DNA of 64,000 nt, from positions 176,824,001-176,888,000 of the forward strand of contig NC_091990.1 in the NCBI RefSeq assembly GCF_044704955.1. Reading direction: 5' to 3'. Both the position numbers and the translations under genes were made by a program. Source of the stretch: Pristiophorus japonicus. Lineage: Eukaryota. The notes below the pieces were generated by a model. It was not told where the DNA came from, did not search any database, and saw only the letters and a program-made list of their open reading frames with translations. Positions 52,301-64,000 of this stretch are shown here, one piece after another. Position 1 is the stretch's first letter; the number at the start of each line of letters is the position of its first letter.

Positions 52301-52945
52301 AAGGAGGTAGCGTAGGTCGAGAAAGCAGTTAAATAGGTTTATGGGATCCTGGGCTTCATAAATAGAGGTATAGAGTACAAAAGTGGAAAGTATGATGAAC
52401 CTGTATAAAACACTGGTTTGGCCCTACTCTGTCCAATTCTGGGCATCACACTTTAGGAAGGATGTGAAGGTCTTAGAGAGGTGCAGACACGATTTACGAG
52501 AATGATTCCAGGAATGAGGGACTTCCGTTACGTTGATAGACTGGAGAAGCTGGGGTTGTTCTCCTTTGAGCAGAGAAGATTGAGAGGAGATTTGATAGAG
52601 TTGTTCAAAATCATGAGGGGTCTGGACAGAGTAGATAGAGAGAAACTGGTCCCATTGGCATAAGTGTTGAGAACAAGAGGACCAGATTTAAGGTGTTTGG
52701 CAAAATAACCAAAGGTGATGTAAGAATTTTTTTTTAAAAGCAGCGAGTGGTTAGGATCTGGAATGCACTGGTGGAGGCAGACTCACTCAATCTTATCTTT
52801 CAAAAGGGAAGTAGATAAGTATCTGAAGGAAAAGAATTTGCAGAGCTACGGTGAAAGGGTGGGGGAGTGGGACTAGCTGAGAATTGGCACGGGCTCGATG
52901 GGCCAAATGGTCGCCTTCTGTGCTGTAACCATCCTATGATTCTGT
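49310..52945 (+). mobile_element. cluster of degenerate CR1 fragments from several subfamilies
   Basis: RT pieces (SPGPDG, PQGS, FADD) at 50190-51025 and 51026-52128 (with tail), and a further 3' fragment at 52129-52945. Confidence 0.85.
49587..50032. mobile_element. Tc1/mariner-pogo-type MITE inside a CR1
   Basis: TIRs CAGGTGCAGCGTCG..AATCCGGAA / TTCCGGATT..CGACACTGCACCTG; right flank TA (left flank AA); many internal TCCGGA palindromes. Confidence 0.7.
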
Positions 52946-52989
52946 AATCCACCTACCCCTAATCTTCCCCCACAACAGCATGCACATAA

Positions 52990-54398
52990 ATCGAGACGTT
53001 GCTTAACCGGAAGCTAATGTAGGTCAGTGAGCACAGTGGTGACGGGGACTTGGTGGGAGTTAAGACACGGGCTGCCAAGTTTTGGATCGCCTCTAGTTTA
53101 CGTAGGGTAGGATGTGGGAGGCCAGCCAGGAGTACATTGGAATAGTCAAGTCTAGAGGGCTTCAGCAGCGGATAAGCTGAGGCAAGGGTGAAGATGGGCG
53201 TATTACAGAGGTGAAAATAGGCGATCTTAGTTATGATGCGGATATATGGTCGAAAGCTCATTTCAGGGTTAAATATGATGCTAAGGTTGCGAACAGTGTG
53301 GTTCAGCCTCAGACAGAAGTTGGGAGAAGGATGGAGTCAGTGGCTAGGGAATGGAGTTTGTGGCGAGGACCGAAAACAATGGCTTCGGTCTTCCCAATAT
53401 TCAATTGGAGAAAATTTTGGCTCATCCAGAACTGGATGTAGGACAAGCAGTCTGACAATTTAGAGACCGTGGAGGGGTTGAGAGAAGTGGTATTGAGGTA
53501 GAGCTGGGTGTCATCAGCGTACATGTGGAAACTGACACTGTGTTTCCAAATGATGTCACCAAGGGGCAATATGTAGATGAGAAATAGGAGGGGACTAAGG
53601 ATAGATCCTTGAGGGACACCACAGGAAACGATGCGTGGGCGGGAAGAGAAGCCATTGCAGGTGATTCTCTGGCTACGATTGGATAGATAAGAATGGAACC
53701 AGGTGAGTGCAGTCCCACTCAGCTGGACAACGGTGGAGAGGTGTTGGAGAAGGATAGAGTGGCCAGCTGTATCAAAGGCTGCAGACAAGTCAAAAAGGAC
53801 GAGAAGGCATAGTTTGCCATTGTCACAGTCACAAAGGATGTAATGTGTGACATTGATGAGAGCTGTTTCGATACTGTGGCAGGCGCGGAAACAGGATTGG
53901 AGGAATTCAATCATGGAATTGCAGGCAAGGATTTGGGGGGGGGCTGACTGACAACACATTCAAGGACTTTGGAATGGAAAGGGAGGTTGGAGATGGGGCG
54001 GTAGTTTGCAAGGACAGAGGGGGACAGTATCTGAGGAGAGCGAACCGTTAACAATGTCAGCCAACAGCCAGAAAAGGAAGCTGGGTGTTCAGAAGTTTAG
54101 TGGGAATAGGGTCAAGAGAGCACTAAATGGGTCTCATGGACAGGATGAGTTTGGAAAGGTCATGAGGAGAGATTGGAGAGAAACTGGAGAAAGATTCGAG
54201 GTCGGGGCTAGGGAAGGGGACTTCCTTAGAGGAAGTTTGGCCCACTGGGCTAGTTGAAGAAAGGGACGAGGCAGAGGTGGCCGAACAGATGGTCTCAATC
54301 TTGGAGACAAAGAAGTCCATGAGCTCCTCACACTTATTGTCGTAGGTGAGGGTAGAGACTGGGGAGAGGGTTTTAAAACAGCGGTTAGCAGTGGAGAC
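52990..54398 (-). mobile_element. L2 LINE fragment
   Basis: HSIETAL..DLSAAFDT..PQGSILSP..YADDTQLY. Confidence 0.85.
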
Positions 54399-54401
54399 TA
54401 G

Positions 54402-55593
54402 GGGCCCAAGTTTCCACATGATTTGCGCCTGATTTTTAGGAGCAACTGGTGGAGAACGGACTATCTTAGAAATCGCAATTCTCCACATTTTTTTTTCTGC
54501 AGTTCTAGTGAGGTAGAACAGTTCTACTTTGGAACAGAATTTTTTCTTCAAAAGGGGGCGTGTCCGGCCACTGACGCCTGATTTCAAAGTTTCCACAGTG
54601 AAAACGTACTCCAAACTAAAGTAGAATGGAGCAAGTGAAGATTTTTGTAGAACTGAAAAAACCTGTTCTACACATTAAAAAATCAGGCGCAGGTTACAAA
54701 TTATGCGTCCAGAACGAGGGGGGGGGAAGGGAAGTAATTAAATTCTACAATCAATCCTTATTTATACTTCTACAAATATTATACAAATAAATCCAACCTG
54801 AATAAACATTTATAAGCAAAGAAAAGATTAAATAAACCATCTTCCTACCTGTGTGAAAGTGCTTCAGCCATCGTTCGTTGCCGCGGAGGGGAGGGAGGGG
54901 AAGGAGACAGCGGTTTGTTGCCGTGGAGGGTGGGGAGGGGAAGGAGACAGCGGTTTGTTGCCGCCGCGGAGGGGAGGGAGGGGGAGGAAACCGCCGTTTG
55001 TTGCCGTGGAGGGGAGGGAGGGGAAGGAGACAGCGGTTTGTTGCCGTGGAGGGGAGGGAGGGGAAGGAGACAGCGGTTTGTTGCCGCTGTGGAGGGGAGG
55101 GAGGGGAAGGAGACAGCGGTTTGTTGCCGCGGAGGGGAGGGAGGGGGAGGAAACCGTCGTATGTTGCCGTGGAGGGTGGGGAGGGGGTGGGGAGGGGAAG
55201 GAGACAGTGGGGAGGGGAAGGAGACAGTGAGAAGGGTAGCCTCAGTGCTGATGGCAATGTGCTTTTATTAAAAAATGCTCAAAAATTAAACAGCTACAAA
55301 GAACTACAAAAATGGCCGAGTGCCAATGTTTTTTTCACACTGCGCGAACGCTCTAACGCACACGCACAGCGTTGCCGGCAGGAAAAAAACTAATTTAAAT
55401 AGTACCCGCCCCCTCCCACTTACAAAATTGGCGCAAGTGTAGGCTCCGCCCCCCTGGGCACCGCGCCAAACAGACAAGGAGCTGCAAAGCGCTCGAGAAT
55501 AGCGTGTTTTTTTTCTGCCGCTGTTTTAGGCGCGAAAAACGGGTGCCAAGCTCAGAGGGGCGCCCGTTTTTTATTCTGTGGAAACTTGGGCCC
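54402..55593. mobile_element. young Harbinger-type MITE with an internal ~40-bp G-rich minisatellite (54875-55230)
   Basis: Perfect 17-bp TIR GGGCCCAAGTTTCCACA; TAG TSD at 54399-54401 and 55594-55596. Confidence 0.9.
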
Positions 55594-55899
55594 TAGAAGC
55601 TGGGATTTACCTTTACATTCAAGAATGATTCTGGAATAGTGAGCGATTTTGGCAGAAAATGTAATCAAAAAATGGATAATGAGCTAATGGAGGAGATATT
55701 AGGAGGGTTTGCCAAAGGCTAAATGGTAGAGATTGGTTTTAAGGAGAGTGTTAGTAGAGAAGGGGGAAGCAGAAGAGTATAGGGAGGTAAGTCAAGAGTG
55801 GGGCCTAGGCAGCTGAAGGCACAGTCAACAGTGGGGATTTGAAGGAGGGGGAATGCACAAGAGGCCAGAATAAGCTGTATGAAGAGTTTGTGGATAGGG

Positions 55900-57340
55900 G
55901 ATAAAAGTTGAAAGGCTAAAGGCCATAGACTTAAATACAAGGATGAGAATTTTAAGTAAGGGTCTGGGAGAACCAGTTGCTGTTAGGGAGCACAGGGATG
56001 AGCGGGACTTGGCGCAGGATAAATATGGGCAGCACAGTTTTGGATAAGCTGAATTTTACAGAACATGTTGGATGGGAGGCCAGCTAGAAATTGTCTAGAG
56101 ATGACAAAAGCTTTGTTAACTATTTCAGCAGCAGATGGGCTAAGATAGCATTAAGGCAGGTGCATTACAGAGATGGAAGTAGACAATCTTTGCGTTGCAG
56201 AGGATATGGGGTTGGAAGCACAGCTCGGGGTCAAGGAGAATACTGAGGTTCTGGTTCAGCCTAAGACATTGGGGGAAGAAGGATGGAGTTGTGTAGAATT
56301 TGTGCTGGGACTAAAGACAATGACTTTGGTCTTCCCAATATTTAGCTGAAAGAAATTGCATCTCATTCAAGACTGGATATCAGACAAGCAGTCTGACAGC
56401 ACAGCTTCACAGGAGGGGTTGAGAGAAGTAGTGCAGAGTTAGAGCTGGGTATCATCAGTGTATATGTGGAAGCTAATCCCATGTCTGTGATGTCACCAAG
56501 AGGTAGCATGTAGATGAGGAAGAGAGGACCACATATAGATCCTTGGGGATCCCCAGAGGTAATGGTCTGAGAGCAGAAAGAGAAGCCATTGCTGGAGTTA
56601 CTCTGGCTACAATTGAATAAGTGTGAGCGGAATGATGCAAGGGCAGTCCCACCAAATTAGATGATGAAAGACTAGCACTGGAGAAGTATGGCATGGTCGA
56701 CCATGTGAAAGGCTACAGAAAGGAGAGAAGGAATGAAGAGGGGCAATGAAACACAGTCACAGTTACAAAGGAAGTCATTTATGACTTTGGTTAAAGCTGC
56801 TTTGCTGCTGTGGGAGGGGTGGTAATTTGATTGAATAGTTTCAACATGGAATTGCGGGAGAGATGGCGTGGATTTGGGAAAGCAACAATACGTTCATAGA
56901 TGAAGAGGAAAACAAGATTGGCGATATGGTGAGAGTTTGCAATGGCAGAGGGGTCGAGGGTGAGGTTTTTGAAAAGTGGGTAATAATGGTGGTTTTGAAA
57001 AGGGAGGAGGAACCATTTTCAATGACAGTTACTATGGAGGCCAGAAGGGAAGTTGAGTGATCAGCAATTTAGTAAGATTGGGGGTCAGGGGAGCAGGGGT
57101 ATGGCTCTCAAGGACGAGATGAACTTGGAGAAGGCATGAAGGGAGACAAGAAAGAAACTAGAGAGACATGGGTTCAGGGCTAGGGTGGAGAGGGTGCTGA
57201 GTGGCGATGTGGCTTGCTGCGAAATGGGGGGGGAGGAGTAGCTGAAACAGTTGGTCTCTGCCTTGGTGACAAAGAAGTGAGGGTGGAAGAGGCAGGGAGA
57301 AGGGTTTAAGAAAGCAATGCTAGTGGAGAAAAGAAGCCAG
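55900..57340 (-). mobile_element. highly decayed L2 LINE
   Basis: Colinear similarity to 52990-54398 (agagctgggtatcatcag, agaagccattgc); no long ORF. Confidence 0.65.
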
Positions 57341-58979
57341 CGGTCAGCTAGTGCAATAGTGCTGGGTGTGGTCCAGTGATGGATGGCTAAGCACCAGATA
57401 CACTGGAGTCTGCAACCCTAGTAAAAAGACAAAATATAGTACAGGTACCACCTAAAATCAGATACAAGTCTTCAAAGGAGGCCCATGTTTTAGGAACAAA
57501 TGATCAAAACATTCCTGTTGGATACCTGTATCTATCGTTCATTTTAGATGCCAATATCTTCACTAATGAGCAATTGCAGACAACCAGATCGTTTTGTTTT
57601 ACTGATCTTAACTTTATCTTTTTGGGGGGTGAAAGGAGGCAAATGCTCTGTGACAATCAAAAAATACTAATTAGCTTCTAATACTAATTTAACTTCTAAT
57701 TTTCATATGTTAACTATATCAGTAATGGACCGATCACATTACACATTTTGCATTAGTCACAGTGGTTTTTGTTTTGTGCTGACATAAAAATATGGGTATG
57801 TGTTGATGTGAAGTTGTTTTAATCAAATTTAGATTTAGGCTTTTTGCTAGCTGCAGTGCAACTGGAATAGGTAGAAAGTGGTCATTTTAATCTTCAGTAT
57901 TAAATGTTTTAATTGCAGCAATGAGCCAACTAGCCAAAGAGCGATGAGGAACCGACTCTGGAACTCCGGTCTACCAGCCGTGCTTCTCTCTCAACAGGTT
58001 TGAGTGTTGAGGTACAACTACACCTAACATTTTCTAAACATAGTACCTTCCTTCAGCACAGTTGGCTGCAGTTAGTGACATGTGATCCACAACTCCTGAA
58101 AAATCTACGGCACTCTCTACAGTGGCATGAAAATGATGATAAAATCTTTATCCTCGAACACAACTACGAAAAATAACAGATCAAAATTAACTTAATTTTT
58201 TCATGTTACATCCATCCCCAGGCAATTTCTTAGAAAAGGGCCCTTCACAAAAATACAACACGATACAACTTACAAACATACAAATTGCTATTAGTGGTTT
58301 AATGATAAGGCCCACCACCGTGTTTAAAAAAAAATCATCCTCCGGATGTGAATGTCGCTAGCAATGCTGACATTTATTGCCCATCCCTTCTTGCTTTGAT
58401 ACGGTGGTGGTGGGCCTTCTCATTAAACCACCAACAGCAATTTTATACAACTTAATAGCCTATTAGGTCACTTCAGAGGGCAGTTACGAGCCAACCACAC
58501 TGATGTTGTACTGGACTTGCATATAGACCAGAGTGGGACAGGTTTCCTTCCCTGAAGGACATTAGTAAAGATTGTTTTACCACAATCTTAAATGTCACTT
58601 TTGCAGATATGAGCTTTATATTACAAGATTTAAAAAAAAACATTTTATTAATAAAGAATAGCCTGAAATTAAATGTTTTTGAAATTGAAATTAAACACGC
58701 ACCACAGAAAGACAATGGGTGGGGCTGGACTCGTCGCACAAGATATAATTGTCTAAACTTAAATTTTTTTCCACACAAAACTAGATATACCGCCAACATC
58801 ACTTACAAGAACCGACAACAAACACACACACGAGTTCTAAGATTCCTTCAAATATACTTTTCCTGAGAAAGATTCTGGAGGGGAAACTTTTAACTTGTCA
58901 GGTCTCCATTTTGTCAGCCGAAATTTTTCAAGTGTGTAATTGTCACCGGAGAAGTCAGACGACCGCGATGTTTCTTTAC

Positions 58980-59046
58980 CTGCGAGCCAGACGAGCCACA
59001 CTGCGAGCAGAGCCCACACCAGAGTCCTGGGACCCCGAGCCCTCAT
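58980..59046 (-). CDS. B7-H6/NCR3LG1-like gene, exon 1 (signal peptide MRARGPRTLVWALLAVWLVWLA)
   Basis: ATG at 59046; basic N-region plus hydrophobic core; ends GCA G|GTAAAG (phase-1 donor at 58979), in frame with the V exon; ISRE just upstream. Linkage across the 29-kb intron is inferred. Confidence 0.75.
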
Positions 59047-59105
59047 CTGGGCATATTTCAATCCCAGTATACCCACCGCAACCATTTTGTAAAATAAAAA
59101 ACTTT

Positions 59106-59118
59106 ACTTTCAGTTTCG
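59106..59118 (-). promoter_or_regulatory. ISRE/IRF-binding element in the proximal promoter
   Basis: Minus strand CGAAACTGAAAGT fits GAAANNGAAA(G/C)(T/C), 60 bp upstream of the leader ATG; E-box TCACGTGA at 59138-59145. Confidence 0.6.
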
Positions 59119-59575
59119 TTCGTTCGTATTCTTTCGTTCACGTGATTCCTCCAGATAAACTGCTGCAACATTTTAATAAGTTCCTTGTGTCGCCAAGGTA
59201 GGGTCTAAACCCGACTCGCAACCGTAACATATTCCTGATGGTGAATAAATACATTGTTTTATATTCAATTCAACAAAGATGTTTCGGGGGACGGCGGCTA
59301 AACTAATGTCTGTATTCCTGCGAGGGACCACCGGCAAATAGGGCTACATATAGTGACACCAGTATTCCTGGCCAGATTCGTAATTCCCCCGTTGGTCAGG
59401 CTCACAGACCACACTGCTGTCCGTCCAGCAGCTCTCAGTCTCGACCTTATCGGTGCCAAAAACAAACTTATGGTCAGAGCCAACATCAGCCGCAAAGGAT
59501 CTGCATAACACCGGATTTCCATCTTCTAGTTACAATGATAAATCAGTCGTATTTCTTATCTGCCCAGAAGGTGAC

Positions 59576-62500
59576 TGTCATATTTGTAACTACAATGTAA
59601 CATTACTGTATGCACTCAACTAAGATGCACACTATGACCACAGGGGGTGAACTTGTGTGAGACACTCCTTACCTGATCACTCAGGTATATAAAGGGAGGT
59701 CCCACGCAGAGTCATCACTTCTGAAGTACTGAATAAAGAGTTCAGTTCACGCAGTGGCCTTGTCCCTGGAATGTGCCTCGTGTGGTTTCATGCAGTAGAA
59801 TAAGGACTTTGCATTGACGATGAGAAACGGGAATTCACGACCCACGAGAATGGCCACCGGCAGCATAGATGAACGGTACTGTGTTGGGGAAGACTGGGAC
59901 GATTTTGTTGAGAGGTTTCAGCAGAGTTTTGTCACGAAAGACTGGCTGGGGGATGCAGCGGCCGACAAGCGTTGGGCTCATCTCTTGGCCAGCTGTGGGC
60001 GAAAGACTTATGCGCTCATAAAGGACTTACTGGCACCCGAGAAGCCATCGGACAAAACCCTTGAGGAGCTCAGCAAGTTGATTGGGGAGCACCTCAAGCC
60101 GGCGAGCAGCATACACATGGCGCGACACAGAATCTACACCCACCGACGTTGTGAAGGGCAGAGCATACCGGACTTTGTAGCGGACCTCTGGTGTTTGGCC
60201 AGCCTCTAAGTTCACAGACGCCTGCAGGGGAGAGATGCTAAGGGACTTCTTTATTGAGGGTATCGGTCATGCGGGAATTTTTCGCAAGCTAATTGAAACC
60301 AAGGACTTGACCTTGGAAGCGGCAGCGTTGTTGGCTCAGACTTTCATAGCGGGGGAGGAAGAGATGAAAATTTTTACGTGCGCAATTCTGTCTCCAACGC
60401 GGCGATGGATCAGGGAGTCAATGTTCTCAATGCCACTCAGATCCCCGTGAGCAGGCAGGGGCAACCCGACGTTCATCAGGCAGCAAAAGATCCCAGAGTA
60501 GGACTTCAACACAGACAATGGCAGGCTGAACGGACGTTCACGCCATCACAGTGGACAATGCGGCCTGGGATGGGGCCAATGACACCCACTAATAGGGTAC
60601 TGAAGAGCAGTCAAGGGGACAGTCAGCGCGGAATCACTGGCCATAGCCCTTTTGTCCCCAACAATGGAAACTTTAACTCGTGCTGGAGGTGTGGGGGTAA
60701 ACACTCAGCCAGATCTTGCAGATTCCATCAGTTTGTCTGCAGAAACTGCAACCTCAGTGGCCATTTAGCCCGTATGTGCAGAAAGCCTGCAACCAGACTG
60801 ATATTTGAGACAGATGAATCAGAAGAGGGTTCTATGAGGCAGGATGACTTTTGGGGCAAATCGATGGATGCTGAGGTTCAGCGGGTCCATGTGGCGAATG
60901 TTCACAGTTCATACACCAAAACGGCACCAATGATGATGAGGGTTCTGTTGAACAGCATCCCGTTACACGTACACGTAAACGGTACAAATGGAGCTGGACA
61001 CGGGGGGCCAGCCAGTCACTCATGGGCGTTCAGCAATTCGAGAAACTGGCCACGCAAAGCCAGCAGACCCAAATTAGAACGCACCGAGACGCAATTAAGG
61101 ACTTATACCAAAGAAATCATTCCGGTACTAGGCAGTGCAATGTTGGCTGTCACGCAATGTTGGCTGTCACACACGATGGCTTGGTGAACCGGCTGCCGCT
61201 CTGGATTGTCCCGGGCAATTTCCCACACTGTTGGGGAAGAGCTGGTTAGCCGCGATGAACTGGAAATGGGGGGATGTTCACGCAATGTCATCCGTGGAGC
61301 GAAGTTCGTGCTCACAAGTCCTACAACAATTCGAGTCACTGTTCCAACCTGGCGTCGGGACCTTCAAAGGCACTAAAATAGTGATACACATCACCCCGGA
61401 CGCCAGGCCAGTGCACCACAAAGCCAGAGCGGTGCCGTATGTGATGCAGGAGAAAATTGAGAGCAAATTGGACCGGCTGTTGAGAGAGGGCATCATCTCG
61501 CCTGTTGAATTCAGCGACTGGGCGAGCCCCATTGTCCCCGTTCTGAAAGCGGATGGTTCTGTCAGGATCTGTGGTGACTACAAGGCCACCATCAATCGGG
61601 TGTCCCTACAAGACCAATACCCGTTCCCAAGAACGGAGGACCTATTCGCCATGCTGGCAGGCGGCAAGCTGTTCACCAAGTTGGACCTCACTTCAGCCTA
61701 TATGACTCAGGAACTGACTGACAAATCTAAACTGCTGACCACCATCACCGCTCACAAGGGACTGTTTGCGTATAACAGGTGCCATTTTGGCATTCGATCA
61801 GCGGCCGCGATTTTTCAATGCAACATGGAAAACCTGCTTAAATCCATTCCTGGAATGATTGTATTCCAGGACGACATCCTCATCATGGGTCGAGACACCG
61901 AGGAACACCTCCACAACCTGGAGGAGGTGCTACGCCGACTGGACCGGGTAGGCCTGCGACTCAAGAAATCTAAATGCATGTTTTTAGCTCCCGAGGTTGA
62001 GTTTCTGGGCAGGAGGGTTGCTGCAGATGGGATTCGGCCCACCGAATCCAAAACAGAGGCGATTCGACGAGCACCCAGGCCCTGCAACACATCAGAGCTG
62101 CGTTCATTCCTGGGACTGTTGAACTATTTTGGGAACTTTCTGCCAAACTTGAGCAGATTTTTGGAGCCGCTACACGTGCTCCTGCATAAGGGGTGCGATT
62201 GGTTTTGGGGGGACTGTCAGGAACAGGCTTTCGATCGGGCATGAAACCTACTGTGTTCTAACAAGCTATTGACCCTGTACGACCCCTGTAAAAGTTTAGT
62301 TCTGTCATGTGATGCATCGTCCTAAGGGGTTGGGTGCGTGTTGCAGCAGGGTAATTTTTTTTTTTTTTTTTGAAATTCGTAGCCAATCGTTCCAATTCTT
62401 TGTCAAATCACAAACGCCAGAGGTCACCTTGGGCCCATTCAAGGATCACTCTGCGCCAATGTTCTTAGCCAAAAGGCCTAGAGCCACTGCACCATTCCTG

Positions 62501-64000
62501 GAAGTACTGCAATACCAGGTTCGTGCCATGGAGGTGGATGGGTCAGGTCCCCCACACACCTCCGTGGACCCCTGTAAAAGTTTAGTTCTGTCATGTGATG
62601 CATCGTCCTAAGGGGTTGGGTGCGTGTTGCAGCAGGGTAATGCTGAGGGTCAGCTACAACCTGTGGCTTATGCCTCCAGGTCGCTCTCTCAAGCAGAACG
62701 GTGTTATGGGATGGTTGAGAAGGAAGCGCTTGCATGTGTCTATGGTGTAAAAAAAAATGCATCAGTATCTCTTTGGTAGAAAGTTTGAACTGGAAACAGA
62801 CCATAAACCACTCACATCCCTGTTGTCAGACAGCAAGCCTGTCAATGCCAACGCATCAGCTCGCATACAGCGATGGGCTCTCACGCTGGCTGCCTATGAC
62901 TACTCCATCCGGCACAGGCCCGGCACTGAAAATTGCGCTAACGCGCTCAGCAGGCTTTCACTGGCCACCACTGAGGGAGCAGCTGAGCAAAGCGCTGAGA
63001 TGGTCATGGTTGTTGATGCCTTCGACAGTGCAGGCTCCCCCATCACAGCCCGCCAGATCAAAATCTGGACAAACTATCCCTGATTGAGAAATGTGTCTTG
63101 ACTGGTGATTGGGCGTCCGCACACGGAGCGTGCCCTGAGGAGGTCAGACCGTTCCACAGGCGGATGGATGAGCACTCCATTCAAGCCGATTGCCTACTAT
63201 GGGGCAGCCGGGTAGTTATGCCCCAGAAGGGCAGGGAAGTGTTCATCAGGGAACTCCACAGCGAGCACCCAGGCATTGTGATGATGAAGGCCATTGCCCG
63301 GTCACACGCTTGGTGACCGGAATTGACTCAGACCTGGAACAATGTGTTCGCAGGTGCATGACATGTGCCCAGCTCGGTAATGCCCCCAGGGAGGCCCCGC
63401 TCAGCCCGTGGCCCTGGCCCACTAAGCCATGGTCACGCATTCACGCTGACTACGCGGGCCCGTTCATGGGAAAAATGTTCCTTATCGTTGTAGATGCGTA
63501 CTCGAAATGGATCAAGTGCATCATCCTGAATTCATGCACGTCATCCACCACCGTGGAAAGCCTATGTGCGATCTTCGCAACCCATGGCTTGCCAGACATC
63601 CTGGTTAGTGACAATGGCCCGTGTTTCACGAGTTATGAATTCCGGGAGTTTATATCAGGCAATGGCATCAACCATGTCAGGACTGCGAGTTCAAGCCGGC
63701 CTCCAATGACCAGGCGGAACGTGCGGTCCAAATCGTTAAGCAAGGGATGCTTAGGATTCAAGGACCCTTCCTACAATGCCACCTATCGCGCCTCCTGCTG
63801 GCCTACAGATCCCGCCCGCACTTGCTCACGGGGGTCCCGCCCACAGAGCTACTAATGAAACGGACGCTCAAGACTCGGTTGTCCCTCTTCATCCAGTCCT
63901 GACTGACATAGTTGAGGGCAAGCGCAAGTCACAAAACGAGCACCATGATCGTAATTCGAGGGGGAGATGTATAGAAGTAAATGATCCTGTATTCGTCCTC
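59576..64000 (+). mobile_element. Ty3/Gypsy element, degenerate, runs off the right edge
   Basis: 5' LTR 59576-59813 (TG..CA, TATATAAA, AATAAA); gag from 59850 with CCHC knuckle; RT (FQDD), RNase H and integrase; pol resembles the element at 1-4614. Confidence 0.92.
62356..62566 (-). mobile_element. poly(A)-tailed retroposed RNA containing U2 snRNA-derived segments
   Basis: T17 at 62355-62371; minus-strand ACCTGGTATTGCAGTACTTCCAGGAATGGTGCA (62520-62488) and GGCCTTTTGGCTAAGA (62478-62463); exact 75-bp flanking duplication at 62281-62355 and 62567-62641. Confidence 0.85.

Noticed and set aside
61137-61170. 17-bp tandem repeat GCAATGTTGGCTGTCAC as a programmed frameshift signal
   Set aside because: A simple slippage duplication in an already degenerate pol; no slippery heptamer is evident.
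62356-62566. Functional U2 snRNA gene
   Set aside because: Segments are permuted, the Sm site and branch-pairing region are absent, and it has a poly(A) tail and TSD inside a Gypsy pol.

Overview
Vertebrate genomic DNA, most likely a shark or other cartilaginous fish (inferred from the CR1, L2, Deu-SINE, Penelope and Harbinger repeat mix). One host gene spans almost the whole window on the minus strand: a B7-H6/NCR3LG1-like Ig-superfamily gene. Nine exons can be traced with canonical AG/GT boundaries, all phase 1: leader (59046-58980), IgV, IgC1, transmembrane, and then at least five more C1-type Ig exons downstream of the TM, so predicted cytoplasmic. Three of those five lack the F-strand cysteine. 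The gene continues past the left edge. An ISRE lies about 60 bp upstream of the ATG. The introns and the upstream flank hold nested mobile elements: three Gypsy LTR elements, many CR1 and L2 LINEs (one CR1 with an intact ORF2), a decayed two-gene Harbinger, MITEs and solo LTRs. Most unusual items: (1) the multi-C1 cytoplasmic tail; (2) a poly(A)-tailed retroposed RNA built from permuted U2 snRNA pieces plus U6-like motifs, with a 75-bp target duplication; (3) two Tx1-like LINE copies inserted at the same 14-bp site inside a CR1; (4) a Penelope-like element with inverted ends, each carrying a minimal hammerhead ribozyme. Family assignments rest on motif recognition from memory, not database searches.
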